Assembly (NCBI RefSeq): GCF_009914755.1
Contig: NC_060934.1
From: the human T2T-CHM13v2.0 reference genome, Homo sapiens
Strand: one strand, 5' to 3'
DNA: 64,000 nucleotides
Part shown: positions 33,641 to 48,452 of the stretch, in pieces
Position numbering within the stretch: the first letter of the stretch is position 1
Layout of the letters: each line of letters starts with the position of its first letter
Notes under the pieces: model-generated
What the model saw: only the letters and a program-made list of their open reading frames with translations
Told to the model about the DNA's origin: nothing
Database searches by the model: none
Made by a program: the position numbers and the translations under genes

Positions 33641-36370
33641 ATAATGTTTTAAGTATTTCAAATATGTGTCTGTAATAATTATTGCTATAGATGAGATTTA
33701 AATCTACCGTCTGCTTTACATTTCTTTTTCTTATTTATGTATCTTCTTTGGGTTTATACAATATTGTTTTCAGTCTTCCTTTGTAGTATATGAATTTAGG
33801 GTGATAAATTTCTTATAAGCACAGATTTAGGTGCACTCAACAGCTTTTTATGTGTCATATTTACATTATCATTTGGTTCAAAATGTTTTCAATTTCCTTT
33901 TTGATTTTTGAGTTTTTTGACCCAAGGTAATATAGAAGTAAATATGTTACTTAGTTTCCAAGTATACTAGGATTCTTTAGTTATATTTTTGTGACTTATT
34001 TCTATATGACTTCTAATGTGGCCAGGGAACATACTCTCTATTGTTTTAGTACTTTGAAATCTGTGGAGAGTCCCTTTTAGTCCACTGTATATTCAAATTT
34101 TATAAATCCAATTTATACACTTGAAAAGAATGACATTTATGCAGTGCTTTTTAATATAATGGATATGTCATTTAGGTCAAATTTTTTGATTAGGTTGTTC
34201 AAATCTTCATACTTGATGATTTTTTGTGTAATTTTTCTACCATTACTGCAAAAAAATGTATTAAATCCCATACTATAATTGTGGATTGGTTCACTCTTTT
34301 TAGATTTCTGTTAGAATTTTCCTTATTAAGTTTAAATGTATATTATTGGTGCATATATATTTAGAATTTTTGTTACTCATAAATGTGTCGTCGTGAAATG
34401 CCACTCTATTTCTTAGATTTATTTGCTTTAAATCCTTCTTTGTAAATGAATATACAGGCTTTCTTTTTGTTATTTTATATATAATATGTAGTTTTTTTTA
34501 TAATAATTATCAATTCATGGAAAGTTGCAGAAGATATAGAGGGAGGTTTTCTATATTCATCACTCTGTATTCCCCAATGGTAACATCATATGTAACTGTG
34601 GTATAATATCAAAACTAGGAAACTGTCATTGGTAACAGTCCACAGAGCTTATTCAGATTTCATCAATGTTATATGCATTTATGTATATGTGTGCACTTCT
34701 ATGCAATTTTATCACAAATGTAGGTTTGTATAACCATTACCACAATTACAATACAGAACTTCATTATGAAGCTTTCTATTCATAATTGCCATACCCACCT
34801 CCTTTCCTCCATTATGAATCCCTAACAACCATTAATTTCTTCTCTGCTTCTAAAATTTTTAAATTTAGAATGTTGTCTAAATGGAATCATGTAATATGCA
34901 ACTTTTTAAGACTGTTTTCTCCGCATAATTCATATGAGATCTGTCCAAGTTGTTGTGTGTATCAATCGTGTGTTCCTTTTTTATTACTATGTAGTATTCC
35001 ATAATATGGATGTACTATGTTGGTTTAACCTTTATTCAAGTGAAGCATGCTTGATTTTTTGCAGTTTTGGCTCTTAAAAATAAAGCCAAACACTTATGTA
35101 CAGGTTTTTATGTGAACAAAGTTAACTTTTTTTCTGGTTTAAATGCCTAAGAATGCAATTGTTATGTCACATGGAAAGTGCAAGTTTGATTTTATAAGCA
35201 ATTTCCAAAGCATTTTCAGAGTGGTTGTACCATTTTACATCCCTATGATCAATATCTGAGAGATTTAGTTTCTCTGTATTCTTGCCAGTAGTTGGTGTGA
35301 TCACTTTTATTTTAGCCCTTTTCATAAATGTGTGATAATATCTCTTTGTGGTTTTAATTTACATTTCCCTACTTGTGAATGATGATGAACATCTTTTCAT
35401 GTACTTATTTTTCATAAGTATATCCTCTTTGTGAATGTTTATGTCCTTTGCGTATATTCTAATTGCAGTGCTTGTATTTTTACCCTTCAATTTTAAGAGT
35501 TTTGGAAATATTCTAGATTCTTTTTGGATAGGTTGCTTGCCATCATTTCTCCCAACCCATACCTCTCGTTTTCATCACAGGATTTTGAAGAACAAAAGAT
35601 TTTAATTTTGATGAAGTCCAATTTTTAATTTTTTTCTTTATGAATTGTGTTTCTGATGTCAAGTCTAAAAATGTTCCACCTAGGTCTGACTTCTAATGTT
35701 TTTCTCTTATTTTTTTCTACAATTCTTATAGTTTTACCTTTTAAATTTTAGCCCATGATCCATTTTGAGTTAGTATTTACATAATATCACATAAGATGTG
35801 AATTTTAGGTCAGTTTTTTGTTTTCTTTTGTTTTGTTTTTTGTTTTTGCCTATCAATATCAAATAGCTCCAGTACCATTTGTTGAAAAAGTGATCCTTTT
35901 TCCGCTTAATTGTATTTGCGCATCTGTCAAAAATTAGTTGGGCATATTTTCATGAGTCTAAGTTTTCTGTTTTTAAAAATTGAATCTTTTGCCTATTCCT
36001 TTGCTAATATCATAGTGTCTTAATTACTGTAGCTTTGTAATGAGTTATAATATTGAATAGATTGATTTCTCCCATTTAATTCTTCCTTGTCGCAATTGTT
36101 TTAGTTATTCTAGGAGCTACAATTTTTAATGTAAGTTAATAAGGTTCCTTATGTATACAAAATATATAGTGGGATTTGATAGGAATTGCACTAAATCTAT
36201 ACATTACTTTGGGAAGAATTGACATCTTTATTATAGTGAATCTTCCAATCCATGAACATAGTATGTCTCCTCATTTATATAGGTCTTTGATTTCTTTAGC
36301 AGCATTTTGTAATTTTCAGCATACAGATGCCATACACTATTAGATTTATACCTAAGTATTTCATTTTCTT

Positions 36371-36438
36371 TTGGGTGATTATAATTGATATTGTGATTTT
36401 AATTTTGGATGATTATAAATGGTGTTGTGATTTTCATT
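36371..36438. repeat. 34-bp diverged tandem duplication
   Basis: TTGGGTGATTATAATTGATATTGTGATTTTAATT / TTGGATGATTATAAATGGTGTTGTGATTTTCATT. Confidence 0.75.
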
Positions 36439-39025
36439 TTAGTTTCCACTTGTTTATTGTTAGTGTTTATAGATATAGTTGATTTTCATAAGTCTCTTGT
36501 GTATTTTTTTCCAATTAAAGACACATATATAGCTTTTAGGCGTGTTTCTTTTTAGTAGTTTATACTTAAACAATCTTAAAACATTTTAAATTATAGGGTT
36601 TTTTTGTTTGATACAGTTAATGATGTATTTGGCTTTGTATATACAGTTTTACAAATTGATTTCTAATTATCTTTCCTCTTTGATTCTTTCTGTAATTTCT
36701 TCTCACCACTGTCAATTTTGTGTTTTACACAAGTCTTCTCTGAGGGGTATCCTTACTATACATAATTGTCAGTGATTTAAACCATACATATTGATTTAGA
36801 TTACTCCACATATTTATCCATTCCATTGCTTTTTATTCCCTTTTGCAGCTTCAAACTTTTATCTGGGATCATTTTCTCTCTGCCTAATAAACACTTCTTA
36901 GTACTTCTGACAGTATTGGTCTGCTGCTAAAAAGTTATTTCAAATTCTAGATTTCTGAAAATATCTTTATTTAACTTTTACTGTTGATGGATATTTTTAT
37001 AGTGTATACATCCTGAATTAGCAGTTATTTTCTTTCTGCACTTTCAGTCCCTAATTTATTGTCACCTTATTTTTGTTATTTGTGTTAAGGAGTCAGCTAT
37101 ACATTTTTATGTTGCTCCTTTGATTTATGTATATAACATATATATACATATGATTATATATGTAAAATTATATGTGTATATTTTTTAAACTACCAGCTCT
37201 AAAGTTTTTCTTTGTTTTTGATTTTAAGAAGTTTTATTATGATATGTGTAGGTGTTATTTTCTTTGTATTAATCCAGTTTAGGGTTTGTAGTGCCTCTTC
37301 AATACAAGCTTAATGTATCTTTGAGCATTTTTAGCCACTATCTTTTAAAATGGTTCTTTTTGCCTCATTAGTTCTCTCACCTCCCCTCTGGCTCTCCAAT
37401 TATAGGTATGTTAGATATTTTTACTATGTTTTCTATTGTTCCCATGTTCTTTTCTGTATTGTCCACTTTTTTGTTTCTCTGTGTTTAATTCCAGACTTTT
37501 AAATGTAATAACTCTGTTACCTGCATGCCATCATGTATGTTTGTTTCTGCAGTCTGTATTATATTTTTAGTTTTCAAGGAAATGTCTTCTTTTATTTACT
37601 TATTTTTTTGAAAACAGCTCCATTAAAATGTAATTCACATACTATAAAATTTACCTTTCTAAAGTGTAGAATTCAGTGATTTTAGTATATTCACAGAGTC
37701 ATGCAACCATCATCACTAACTAATTTTAGAACATTTTTGTCACTTCAGACAGAAACCCTGTACTCATTAGGTTCATTCTCACCAGCAGCCAACACTTGGC
37801 AATCACTATTCTGCTTTCTGTCTTGATGGATTTGCCTATTCTGGACATTTTATATAAGTGAAATCATATAATATGTTGTCTTTTGTGACTGACTGCTTTC
37901 ACCTAGCGTACTTTTTTGAGATTTATTTATGTTTAGCATGTATTAGTACTACATTCCTTTTTATTGCTGAATAATATTCCATTATATGGATAAACAACAT
38001 TTTATTTATCCATTCGTCAGCTGATGGACATATGGCTTACTTTCATTTGGGGCTATTATGAATAATGCTACTATGAAAATTTTTGTGCATATTTTTATGT
38101 AGACATATGTTTTCAATTGTCTTGGGTATATATGTAGGAGGGGAATCTGGATCACATAGTAACTCTGTGTTTAACATTTACAGTGACTACTAAACTGTTC
38201 CAAAATAACTGCACCATTTTCAATCCCACCACAATGTATAAGCATTCCAGTTTCTCTGTATCCTTGCCAACACTTGTTTGCCTTTTATTGTTTAACCATC
38301 CTAGTAGGTGTGAAGTAGTATCTCATAGTGGTTCCTGGTTATTTTTTTAAAACTCTTATTGATGTCCAAAATAAATGCAGAATAGTGCACAAACTTAACT
38401 TGTCTAACCAGCATTCAGATGGGAACAGAGAATGATACGAGCGAAATTCAATTTTGCTCTTTCAATCACCAACTTATCCCTTTAGAAAGGTAACAACTAT
38501 TCTGATTTCTAAGAGCATCTATTAATTGTGCTTGTTTTGTCCTTTGTATAAATGTAATCATATTTCATATAAACTGAATGGCTTAAAATGCAAATGAAAT
38601 TGCTTTCTAATCAACACTGGAAAAACTACATAACAATGATAGGCAAGTTTTTTTTTTAAATCATTGTTAGAAACCTGACAGGCTGCTTGCCTTCCTACTT
38701 TCCTTCTTTCTTATTTTATTCGTATATACCATCTTAGTTTATATTTTTCCATTTGTCCCACTATGCTCTTTTTTCCTCTTTTCTTATGTTATTTGGTTTT
38801 AATACAGTATTTCTTTTTTTATTATTTAACTTTTCCTTCTCTTTGCCAGTTAGGCATATATATATTGCTTATATTAATATTTTTTAATACTTTTAGTAGT
38901 TATTCTATGGATTTCAGCATGCATCCTTAGCTCACTAAAGACTGATGTAAGTTATTCCTTTTACCTTTCTTATACAAAGTAAGATATCAGCACCATTTAA
39001 CTGGATTTACTTCCCACCTGCCTTT

Positions 39026-39329
39026 ATTTTTATTTTTATTTTTGTTTTGAGACAGGGTTTTGCTTTGTCACCCAGGCTGGGGTGCAGTGGCACAATCATA
39101 GCTCACTGCAGCCTCAAACTTCCAGGTTCAAATGATCCTCCTACTTCAGCCCCGAGTAGCTGGAACTACAGACATGTACTACTACACCTTGCTGATTTAA
39201 AATAAATTTTTCTGAGATGGGGTCTCACCGTGTTGCCCAGGCTGGTCTCGAAGTCCAGAGCTCAAGTGATCCTCTAGCCTTGGACTACCAAAATGCTGGG
39301 ATTACAGGCATGAGCCACTGTGCCCAACC
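39026..39329 (-). mobile_element. AluJ
   Basis: J diagnostics 'atcatagctcactgcagcctc' and 'ttgcccaggctgg'. TSD CCACCTGCCTTT at 39014-25 and 39330-41. Confidence 0.93.
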
Positions 39330-40344
39330 CCACCTGCCTTTTATATTGCATTTAATTTCAATATACGTCTTAAATCCATGAGACATTATTATTACTATTA
39401 CCATCTTCTATCATCAATATTAATTTAGATTTACTCGCATATTTACTTTCTATTGCTATTCATTCCCTCCTGTATCTTTGGGCTTCTGTGTGGTATAATT
39501 TGAGATTGAATGTCAGGCATCGTGTTGTTACAGTGGTTCTGGATGCATTATCTTTTTCCAGAGAGGCTTTAACCTATCTCTGATAAGTAACTTGATATAG
39601 ACATATCACCTTAACCCAACCAAAGCTTGAGCTGTCCCAGTGATGGATAGTAGTCCACAAAAGGCTCAAACTAGTTTTTATTCACTCTTAACTTACAGAG
39701 GCTGTCATTGAGAAAGCCAGGATTGTTTACTAGGACCTTTATCCATAGAGGGTCCTAAATTCCGAAGTAGTCTCCTTAACATTGTGATACGGCAAAAGAC
39801 TTCTTTTTCTCTTCAGCTTCTGCTTAGTTTCTTAGAGTTTCACTCTGGGCAGATTAAGAATTCAACAAATTTTTTTGAGGATTAGCTTTTTTTTTTTTTT
39901 TTTTTTTTCTGTACTTCCCTTCTCTCTGAGATTTTGTCTTCCTGAGTATTTTTCTAGCCCCAAACTTGATTTTTTCTTTTCTTCTCATGCCTGTGAGAGT
40001 ACCAAAACTTAGCTGGCATCTCTTCTTCTTATCAGCTTACATCTGTCTGCATTCTCAGTCTTCCCCCAGTGCTTCATATCATGAAATACTCGGTTTAATA
40101 CAGAAATGCAGAACACAGGACTTTTATTTACCTCCTTTTTTTTTTACCTTGGATCTTGGACCCTCCATTTTGGCTTCACATAAGCTTTCTTATGCCTCTC
40201 CATAGGGTTTTATTTTTTCTTTTTTCTTTTGTATTTTATCCAGATGTTCTAATTGTTTTGGTAGGTGCTACAGCTTGCTAACAAACTATTGTTTCATAGA
40301 AAAAAACTGAGTTCAGTTTTGTTCTTTTTTTCCCTCATTTCACT

Positions 40345-41950
40345 AATATTTATTGAGCACCTACTATGTGTCATGCTTGTGCTAGGATTTGGGAACATTG
40401 CAGTGAAGAAGACAACCCACTATCCAGCTTAAGAAATAGATTGTCACAAGTCTCTTAGAAATCCCAAGTGCTCCTCCCTCATCCTATACCTGTCTCCCTC
40501 ACCAAACAGTAATCATTATCCTGAATTTTACGTTGATCACTGTTGTTCTTTGTAGTTTCAAATGTGTATATATCCTAAAGTGTACTTTATAAAGTTCTAC
40601 ATGTTTCTGCGTTTTATAAAACTGAAATCATATTATATGTACTCTCACACAATTTGCATTTGCTTCTTGATGTTTTAATTAGATCTATCTATATTTATGT
40701 ATATAATGCAGTTCATTCATTTTTCTTTTTTTAGTATTACAATTAGTAATGTATTACATTTTATGTGTTTTTTCAATAAACACACATTTTGAATGTTTTG
40801 GAGTACAATTACTTAGTTGTAAGTTACATTCCTCTTCAACTGTGTAAACAATGCCAAATCATTTTCCAATGTGTGTATATTAGATACTTTAATTTTTATT
40901 ATTTTAACTTTTAAGAACTTATTCATGTAATCTGTATGGAATTAGGAGTAATAATTAAAAATAATGGTAAGATCACTCTGTGTAATATATAAGAAACGGA
41001 TTCAAGGAATGCAAATTTGAGAAACCATATATGAAGCAGTTATACTAATTCTATTGAGTGATTATAGAGGCTTGGATTAGTATTATGACAATAGGGATGA
41101 GAAAGGCATTGATTTTACATATAGCTAAAAGGTAGAAGTGATGGAACTTGGAGAGTAAGGAAAAGTAAGTTTCTAATCTGGGCTTCTGCAGTTAGCAAGT
41201 ATGCAGATAACCTTAACATTTGCACAAAAGTTATAAAATGACACAGAGATCAAATTTATAGTAAGAATAAGTATAGGACAGAGCCCTGGAAACCCCAGTT
41301 GGTAAGTCCAGGAAGAGGAAGAATGTCAGCTCGGGGCTGAAAGGGAGTGGCAAAAGAAGTAGGAGGAGAATTGAATATTTGAGAATGGGAAGTCAAGGAA
41401 AGAAGTGTTTCATGAAAGAGGGAATGGTCAGAAGTGTCTCATTCTGCAGAAAAGTTAAAAAATTATAACCTGAAAATAGCTAATAGATTCAATGATGTGA
41501 ACATCACTTGTGTATTTGGCAACATCAGATCAATGGAGCAAGGGTGGTGAGAGCCAAATTGCTCTGGTTTGATGAGGGAGGTAAATGGAGATAATGAGCA
41601 TAGATAAATCCTTCAAGATGTTTGGGTAGTAACTAGAAGTGAATTTAGGGTTGAGAGACAGTTTAATTTTATTATTATGGTTTTTAATATGGCTGAGATT
41701 TGTGCACAGTTAATAATGAGGAACGTTGCTAGTAAAGAGGAAAAAGTTGAACAAGAAAGGGAACATTCTTGCTAGAGGAAGTCACTGGGAACATGTATGG
41801 CGAGAGTGGACAAATATTGAAATTAATCAGCTTTAAATAGGAGGGACATGGTTTCCATTTTACTAGGAGCATATGGGTGTAGGTTTAGTAGACTTGTTGG
41901 TTTGCTCAAAGGCAGTTGAAGGAGTTTCTTCTCATGGCTTTTATTTACAT
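40345..41950 (-). mobile_element. L2 remnant interrupted by an L1ME fragment (~40420-40930)
   Basis: 'tttattgagcacctactatgtg' L2 3' end in reverse, followed by a purine-rich L2 body ('ggacagagccctggaaacccc', 'ggagataatgagcatagataaatccttcaaga'). Confidence 0.7.
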
Positions 41951-43043
41951 TTAAAAGTATTTTTAATTCATCTTGAATTCAAAGATATTATTCATATTAA
42001 CTTATTTTGTTTAGCATTTTTTATTTTAAACAACAATTTATTTTAGCAAAATATTTAAAGAAGGACTACTCAAAAACAAACAAATCAAGCACACATGAAG
42101 TTTTTTATTGTAAACAGGGTAAAGCACATTTATAACAGGTCCAATTTTTGTTTTTGCTTGCGGGTTTTAAGCTGCCTGAGAACCAGACCATGATTTTGTT
42201 CTTTGTTGCCTCAGCAAATAATGCACAACAGGGTTCGGTAAGCAAGAGTTAAATTCTGTCAAGAGTGAAAACAAAGTCCCCAGTGATGTGAACTGTGACT
42301 GCGGGGAGCATGGGGTGTCAAAGTTAGAGCATAGGTGCATCATAGTGAGTTTGTGATTTAGTGGAGGGGAGTGTTTCATTATCTGAAAGTGTCGAACATA
42401 CAAAGAATTTACGTTTGTCAAGCCTTTGGGCTATTTCTGTAGGAAGGCCTAGAAAATTGGGCTTGCTCACTCAGCGAGATGTAATTCTGACATTTTCCTG
42501 AGTCAGTCTCAGCCCCCACAAGGCATCTTGCTGTGTGTCAGTGTGAAGTCTGCAGACTTGTAATGTGTCTGAACCAGATGCTGTGTTGCTATCCCTTAGC
42601 CCTGTTTTGTGAGAGCTGGCTCCATCGAACATAAGAACATTTCAAAAATTAATAATAGAAAAGTTCTTTTTTAATTTTAACGATGTCATACAATAAAACA
42701 TCCTCTCTTCTGCCCCCAACCCTACCCCAGTTTATCATACTTTTAAAACTGGGTTCTGACAGCTGCTGAATAATAGAGATAAGATGTTCTTTTTCTCCCT
42801 TGTGAAATACTGCATTATTTGTTATTCATGGGTTCTTGTTTTCCTGGAAGGTGGTTTGGTAAAATATGTGAGTGATGTGTACCCTATGATTACCAGGAGG
42901 CCTTTTAGATTTCCTGTTTGAGTGTTTTCCTTTGGCTTTAATAAACTTGCAAATAGTTGTGGGAAAGAGGCTACTGAATGTTAATATAATTGACCTGTTT
43001 TAGTACAAAGTCTCCCCAAACCCACTCCCAGATGAGCAGATTC

Positions 43044-43372
43044 ATTCATTTATTTATTTTATTTTATTTTTATTTATTTATTTTTTTGAGATGGAGTCTC
43101 ACACCGTCGCCCAGGCTGGAGTGTAGTGGCATGATCTCGGCTCATTGCAACCTCCTTCCTTCTCCCAGGTTCAAGCGATTCTCCTGCCTCAGCCCCCTGA
43201 GTAGCTGGGATTACAGGTGCCTGCCACCACACCCGGCTTATTTTTGGTATTTTTAGTAGAGATGGGCTTTCACTATGTTGGCCAGGCTGGTCTCGAACAC
43301 CTGACCTGACGATCCACCTGCCTCCGTCTCCCAAAGTGCTGGGATTACAGGCATGAGCCGCCGCTCCCAGCC
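43044..43372 (-). mobile_element. AluS (Sg-like) with (TTTA)n tail
   Basis: Full dimer. TSD CAGATGAG(C/A)AGATTC at 43029-43 and 43373-87. Confidence 0.93.
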
Positions 43373-44084
43373 CAGATGAGAAGATTCAACATTTTAAAGT
43401 ATTTCTTCATAAGTTACAAAGAAGGAGTAAAAAAATATTAAAAGATGCTGCCTTTTTAAAAATCTAGAAGCCTCCATTTCTACTTCATCTTGCTAGTGTC
43501 AAGCTTTTAATCTTTCTTTATGCCTCTGTGGTGTTGCCATCTGCTTTTTGAATAAGGCTCAGTAATCAATACAGCAGGAAACTTGCTGGAATTAGATAAG
43601 TCTCCGGTCAAAACAAAGGAGAGCTATGCATTTGCTACTAAAGCAAAAAAGAAGTGACAGACCAGACTGCCAAAGAAACACCTTTGTTTCCACTGCGGAG
43701 ACTTACCTGAGGCACAAGGGGGGTTTTGTTTTCAGGAAATTTAGGCGGAGAAAAGGCACTTTACCTGGATGCCCTGAAATGAAGGTTTGTTTCCTAAGAT
43801 TTGAGTTGAGGAACTCTGCATCGGGAAGGGAGAGATTCATTTGTAAAAATTGTAACAGGTGTGGGACTTAATTGCATTTCTTAAAGTATATTTCATATGT
43901 ACATTTTCAAATTAATAATGTTCCCTTATTTGAAGCTTAATGATCCAGCAAACTGGTCCATCTGGAATACTGCCTGAAACCAAGAAGAATAGAAAAAAAA
44001 AAGTTGAAACAATCAAAAGAGACTCTAAAGTGATCATGCACTAGCATCTGTTCCTCATTTATGGAATACTTCTGTGAGCCTATA

Positions 44085-44310
44085 CTTCCTAGGCAGTGAT
44101 TGATACTCTTTGGAGCCACACCCTTGGGGTTGAATCCTGGCTCAGCCAGTTGCTAGCTGTGTGGTTTTGGGCAAGTTACTTTAGCAGTTTGTTCCTCAAA
44201 GTTCTCATCTCTAAAATGGAAATAATAATAGAGTTGCTATAGAATTGAGTTAATACTTGTGCAGCAGTGCCTGGTATGTGGTAAACAGTAAATATTAACT
44301 ATTTATTATC
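44085..44310 (+). mobile_element. MIR
   Basis: 'gaatcctggctcagcc...gctgtgtggttttgggcaagttactt...ctcatctctaaaatgg'. Confidence 0.8.
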
Positions 44311-44665
44311 TTATTTACCCTTACTTTATTATTTATTATCTCATATACCCTGCATGCTTTGCGATCTAGTTTCCAGATATGCAGGCAGTTGTAACTATGA
44401 TTTGAAAGGGAGAAAAGACATTTGTAGAGTTAAGTCTATATTTTAGGATTAAAATAGCCTATAGTTTAGGATAAAATTTTGAGCTGCCAGCTCAAAATAA
44501 AGAATAAAAAACCATGAAAACTAAGCATAAGAACTCAAAAAGTACAGCACTCTGGGCTATTTAATGTGTGAGAAAATAGCCATAAACTTTCAATGGCTCC
44601 AGAGGGCATTAGTGAATTTCAACACAATTCAGTACCTATTGTTCAGCGTAATGATTCTGACTCAT

Positions 44666-44731
44666 GAAGAAGATGTTAAATTCTGTTCACGGTGTTCAGA
44701 AGAAGATGTTAAATTCTGTTCATGGTGTTCA
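44666..44731. repeat. 33-bp tandem duplication
   Basis: GAAGAAGATGTTAAATTCTGTTCA(C/T)GGTGTTCA twice, with one CpG-type mismatch. Confidence 0.92.
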
Positions 44732-45189
44732 GTTTAGAGAAATCAGAAAGAATTTTACATTTTAGGAAAATTCCAAAACAAAAATTTTAAAAAGGCATTT
44801 AAAGATCCATTTCTAGAAGATTTGGAATTACATAAACTTTATTTATTTGATTTTTTTTTCTGACACCTCTTTTCAGTCCAAGTTAGTTTTTTTCAGAATT
44901 ATTTATAAATGTGGTTTTTCGGCACAAGTATTATTTCTGTTAAATGCCAAACAAGTCTTCCCTGTATGCACCTCATCTTAGCTTTCATTTTAGCCATTCC
45001 ATTTCTCAGTAATATCTCCATACAAATCTTCTTGACTGTCAGGCTGACCAGGTTTTGCTCTGCAATTATGTTTACCAGGAGTTGGCAGTCTGAGGTATGT
45101 GAGATGAGATATACATCATGCCGATTGCAATACGACCTTTAATGTTTACATATACATCTTTGAACTAGAAAGATCATTTTGCTCTAAAA

Positions 45190-48100
45190 TATTTTTTTAA
45201 AAATTTAATTGTGGTAAAAATACATAATATAAAAATCTAACTATCTTAACCTATTTAACTGTACAATTTGGTAATGTTATTTATATTCATTGTTGTGTGA
45301 CAGAGCTCTAAAAATTTTTCATGTTGCAAAATGGAAACTCTACACCCATTGAACAACTCCTCATATTCCCTTGCCCCTAACCCTTGGAAAACACCATTCC
45401 ACTTTCTATTTCTATGAGTTTATCTACTTCAGGTACCACATATAGGTGGTATCATAGAGTATTTGGATTTTTGTGCTAGGTTTATTTCACCTAGCATAAT
45501 GTCCTCTATGTTCAACCATGTTGAAGCAGATGATAGAGTTTCCTTCTCTTTTCAATTCTGGATAATATTCCATTATTTTTATATATCACAGTTTGTTTAT
45601 CCATTTATTTGTTGATGGTATTTGGGTTACTTACAACTCTTGGCTATTTTAAATAGTGCCACTATGAATATGGGTATGCAAATAGCTCTTCAAATTCCTG
45701 CTTTGAATTGTTTTGGATACATACCAAAAAGGGATTGCAAGATCATATAGTAATTCTGTTTTTAATTTTTTTGAGAACCTTCATACTGTTTTCCATAGTG
45801 GCTACACCATTTCATGTTTTCACCAACAGTGCACAAGGGTTCCAATTTTTTCCACATCCTCAGAAACATTTATTATTATTATAATTTTTTGATAGTGGCC
45901 ATACTAATGGAGGTGGGATAATATCTCATTGTGGTTTTGATTTGCATTTCTCTAAGTATTTAGTGATGTTTAACATCTTTTCATTGGCTTATTGGCCATT
46001 GGTATATTTTCTTTGCAGAAATTTGCCCACTTAAAATCAGGTTATTTGTTTTTCTGTGTCATTGTGTTGCAGGAGTTCTTTATGTGCTCTGGATATTAGC
46101 CCTTTATCAGATACATGGTTTGCAAATGTTTTCTCCCATTCTGTAGGCTGACTTTTCATTCTGTTGATTGTATTGCATTCTTTGATGCAAATAAGTTTTT
46201 AAATTTGATGTAGTCCCATTTGTCTATTTTTGGTTTTGTTGGTTGTGGATTTGATGTCATATCCAAGAAACCATTCCCAAATCTAATGTCATAAGGCTTT
46301 TCCCATTTTTCTTCCAGAGTTTTATAGTTTTAGGTGTTCTGTTTAAGTCTTAAATCATATTGATTAAGTTTTGTATTTGGTGTTAGGTAAAGGTCTGACT
46401 TTATTCTTTTGCATGTGCATATTCCATTTTCCAAATAACACCTGTTGAAGAGAATGTCCTGTCCTCACTGAGTTGTTGAAGACAATTTGAACATTATATG
46501 TAAGGGTTTATTTCTGGGCTGTCTATTCCATTTGTCTATATGTCTGTCTTTATGCCAGTACCACACTGTTTTGATTACTATAGCTTTGTAATGTGTTTTG
46601 AAATCAGAAAGTGTGATGCCTCCAACTTAGTTCTTTTTCAAGATTGTTTTGATGATTTCGGGTGCTTGGGATTCCATATAAGTTTAGGACATTTTTTCGA
46701 TTTCTGCAAAAAATGTCATTAGGATTTTGATATGGATTACATTCAATCTGTAGTTTTGCTTTGCTTTGAATAGTATGGATATTTTAACAATATTAAGTCT
46801 TTCAATTCAGTGTTGCAATGAACACTGGATGTCACTGTCATTTATGTCTTTTAACATTTCTTTCAGCAATATTTTACAGTTTTCAGAGTATACTTCTTTC
46901 ACCTTCTTGGTTACTCCTAATCATTTTATTCTTTTTGATATTTTCATTTTATTCTTTTTGATATTATTGTAAATGAGACTGTTTCTAAACTTACTTTTGG
47001 ATTATTCGTTGTTTTTATATAGAAACAACCAATTTTGGCATGTTGATTTTTGTATCCTACATGTTTGCTGGATACATTTATTAGTTCTAGTAGTTTTTGT
47101 GTGTGTGGAATTTCAGGGTTTTCTACCCTCAAATTATATAAGATCTTGTCATCTGTGAACAAAGATAATTTTACTTTTTAATTTCCTTTTTGGATGCCCT
47201 TTAGTTTTTTTTCTTGACTAATTGTTCTGGCATGGACTTACAGTACTATGTTTCGTGAAAGTGGAGAGAGAAGGCTTTCACACCTTGTACCTGAGCTTAG
47301 AGGAAAGGTTTTCAGTTTTTTACCATTGAGTATGATGTTATCTGTGGTTTTTCATGTATGATCTTTAATATGTTGAGGTAATTTCCTCCTATTTTTAGTC
47401 TGTTGGGTGTTTTTATCATAAAAGGGTGTTGCATTGTGTCAGATGCTTTCTCTGCATCACTTGAGATGATCGTTTGGTTTTGTCCTTCATTCTGTTGATG
47501 TGTGTAACTACACTGATTGCTTTTTGTGTGTTTAACTATCCTTGAATTCTAGAAATGAATCCCACTTGTTTGTGGTGTATAATCCTTTTTAATGTCTGTT
47601 GAATTTCTGGTGAATTTGGTTTGAGATTTTTGCATCAATATTCATCAGAAATACTTGTCTATTGTTTTCTTTTCCAACAGTATACTTATCTGGCTTTGGT
47701 ATAGTGTAGTGCTGACATCATAAAATGAGTTTGGGAATGTTCCTTTCTCTTCAAATTTTTTTTTTTTTTTTGAGACAGGGTGTTGCTCTGTCACCCAGGC
47801 TGGAGTGCAGTGGCATGATCTCGGCTCACTGCAACCTCCGCCTCCTGGGTTCAAGTGATTCTTGTGCCTCAGCCTCCTGAGTAGCTGGGACTACAGGCAC
47901 ACGCCACCATGCCTGGCTAATTTTTGTATTTTTAGCAGAGACAGGGTTTCACCATGTTGGCTAGGATGGTCTCGATCTCCTGACCTCATGATCCACCTGC
48001 CTCAGCCTCCCAAAGTGCTGGGATTACAGGTGTGAGCCACCGTGCCTGGGCTTCTCCTCAATTTTTTGCAAGAGTTTAAGGAAGATTGTTGTTTATTCTT

Positions 48101-48272
48101 TTATACATGTTTAGTAGAATTCTCCATTGAAGACATCTGGTTATGGGCACTTTTTTATTGGGAAGTTTTTTGATTACTGAATTTAATCTCCTTACTAGTT
48201 ATATATCTGTTCTTTTTTATTATTTATGATTCAATCTTGATAGCGTGTATGTTTCTAGAAATTTATCCACTT
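45190..48272 (-). mobile_element. L1MA9/L1MB-type 3' ~2.8 kb, interrupted by an Alu
   Basis: Antisense 3' UTR and ORF2 remnants (ORF 46944-47162: FTDDKILY...KLLELIN). Confidence 0.85.
47756..48051 (-). mobile_element. AluS (Sc-like)
   Basis: 'aggatggtctcgatctcctgacctcatgatcc', poly(T), and approximate TSD TTCTC(T/C)TCAA. Confidence 0.93.
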
Positions 48273-48452
48273 CACTCTAAACTCTTGACCACCACATCTT
48301 ATGCAATTGGATCTGGTCTGCTCCTAGGAACCTGGATTTGATTGTGAGTTCTTAAGAGCTGTCTTTTGTAAATCTCTGCTGGTGGCTTGTTAAGGTTCAT
48401 CAAAGTAGGCTTCCAATATTGTAAGCAGCTTCCTTATTCAGGGGTACAATAA

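Larger units (their letters stand above)
33650..40300 (-). mobile_element. Nested array of old antisense L1M fragments (L1MC-like ~34490-36480, L1MB-like ~37600-38335, L1ME-like host)
   Basis: Very T-rich with recurring antisense L1 motifs; boundaries approximate. Confidence 0.65.

Noticed and set aside
42990-43334. ORFs with familiar-looking peptide
   Set aside because: Alu-derived translations.
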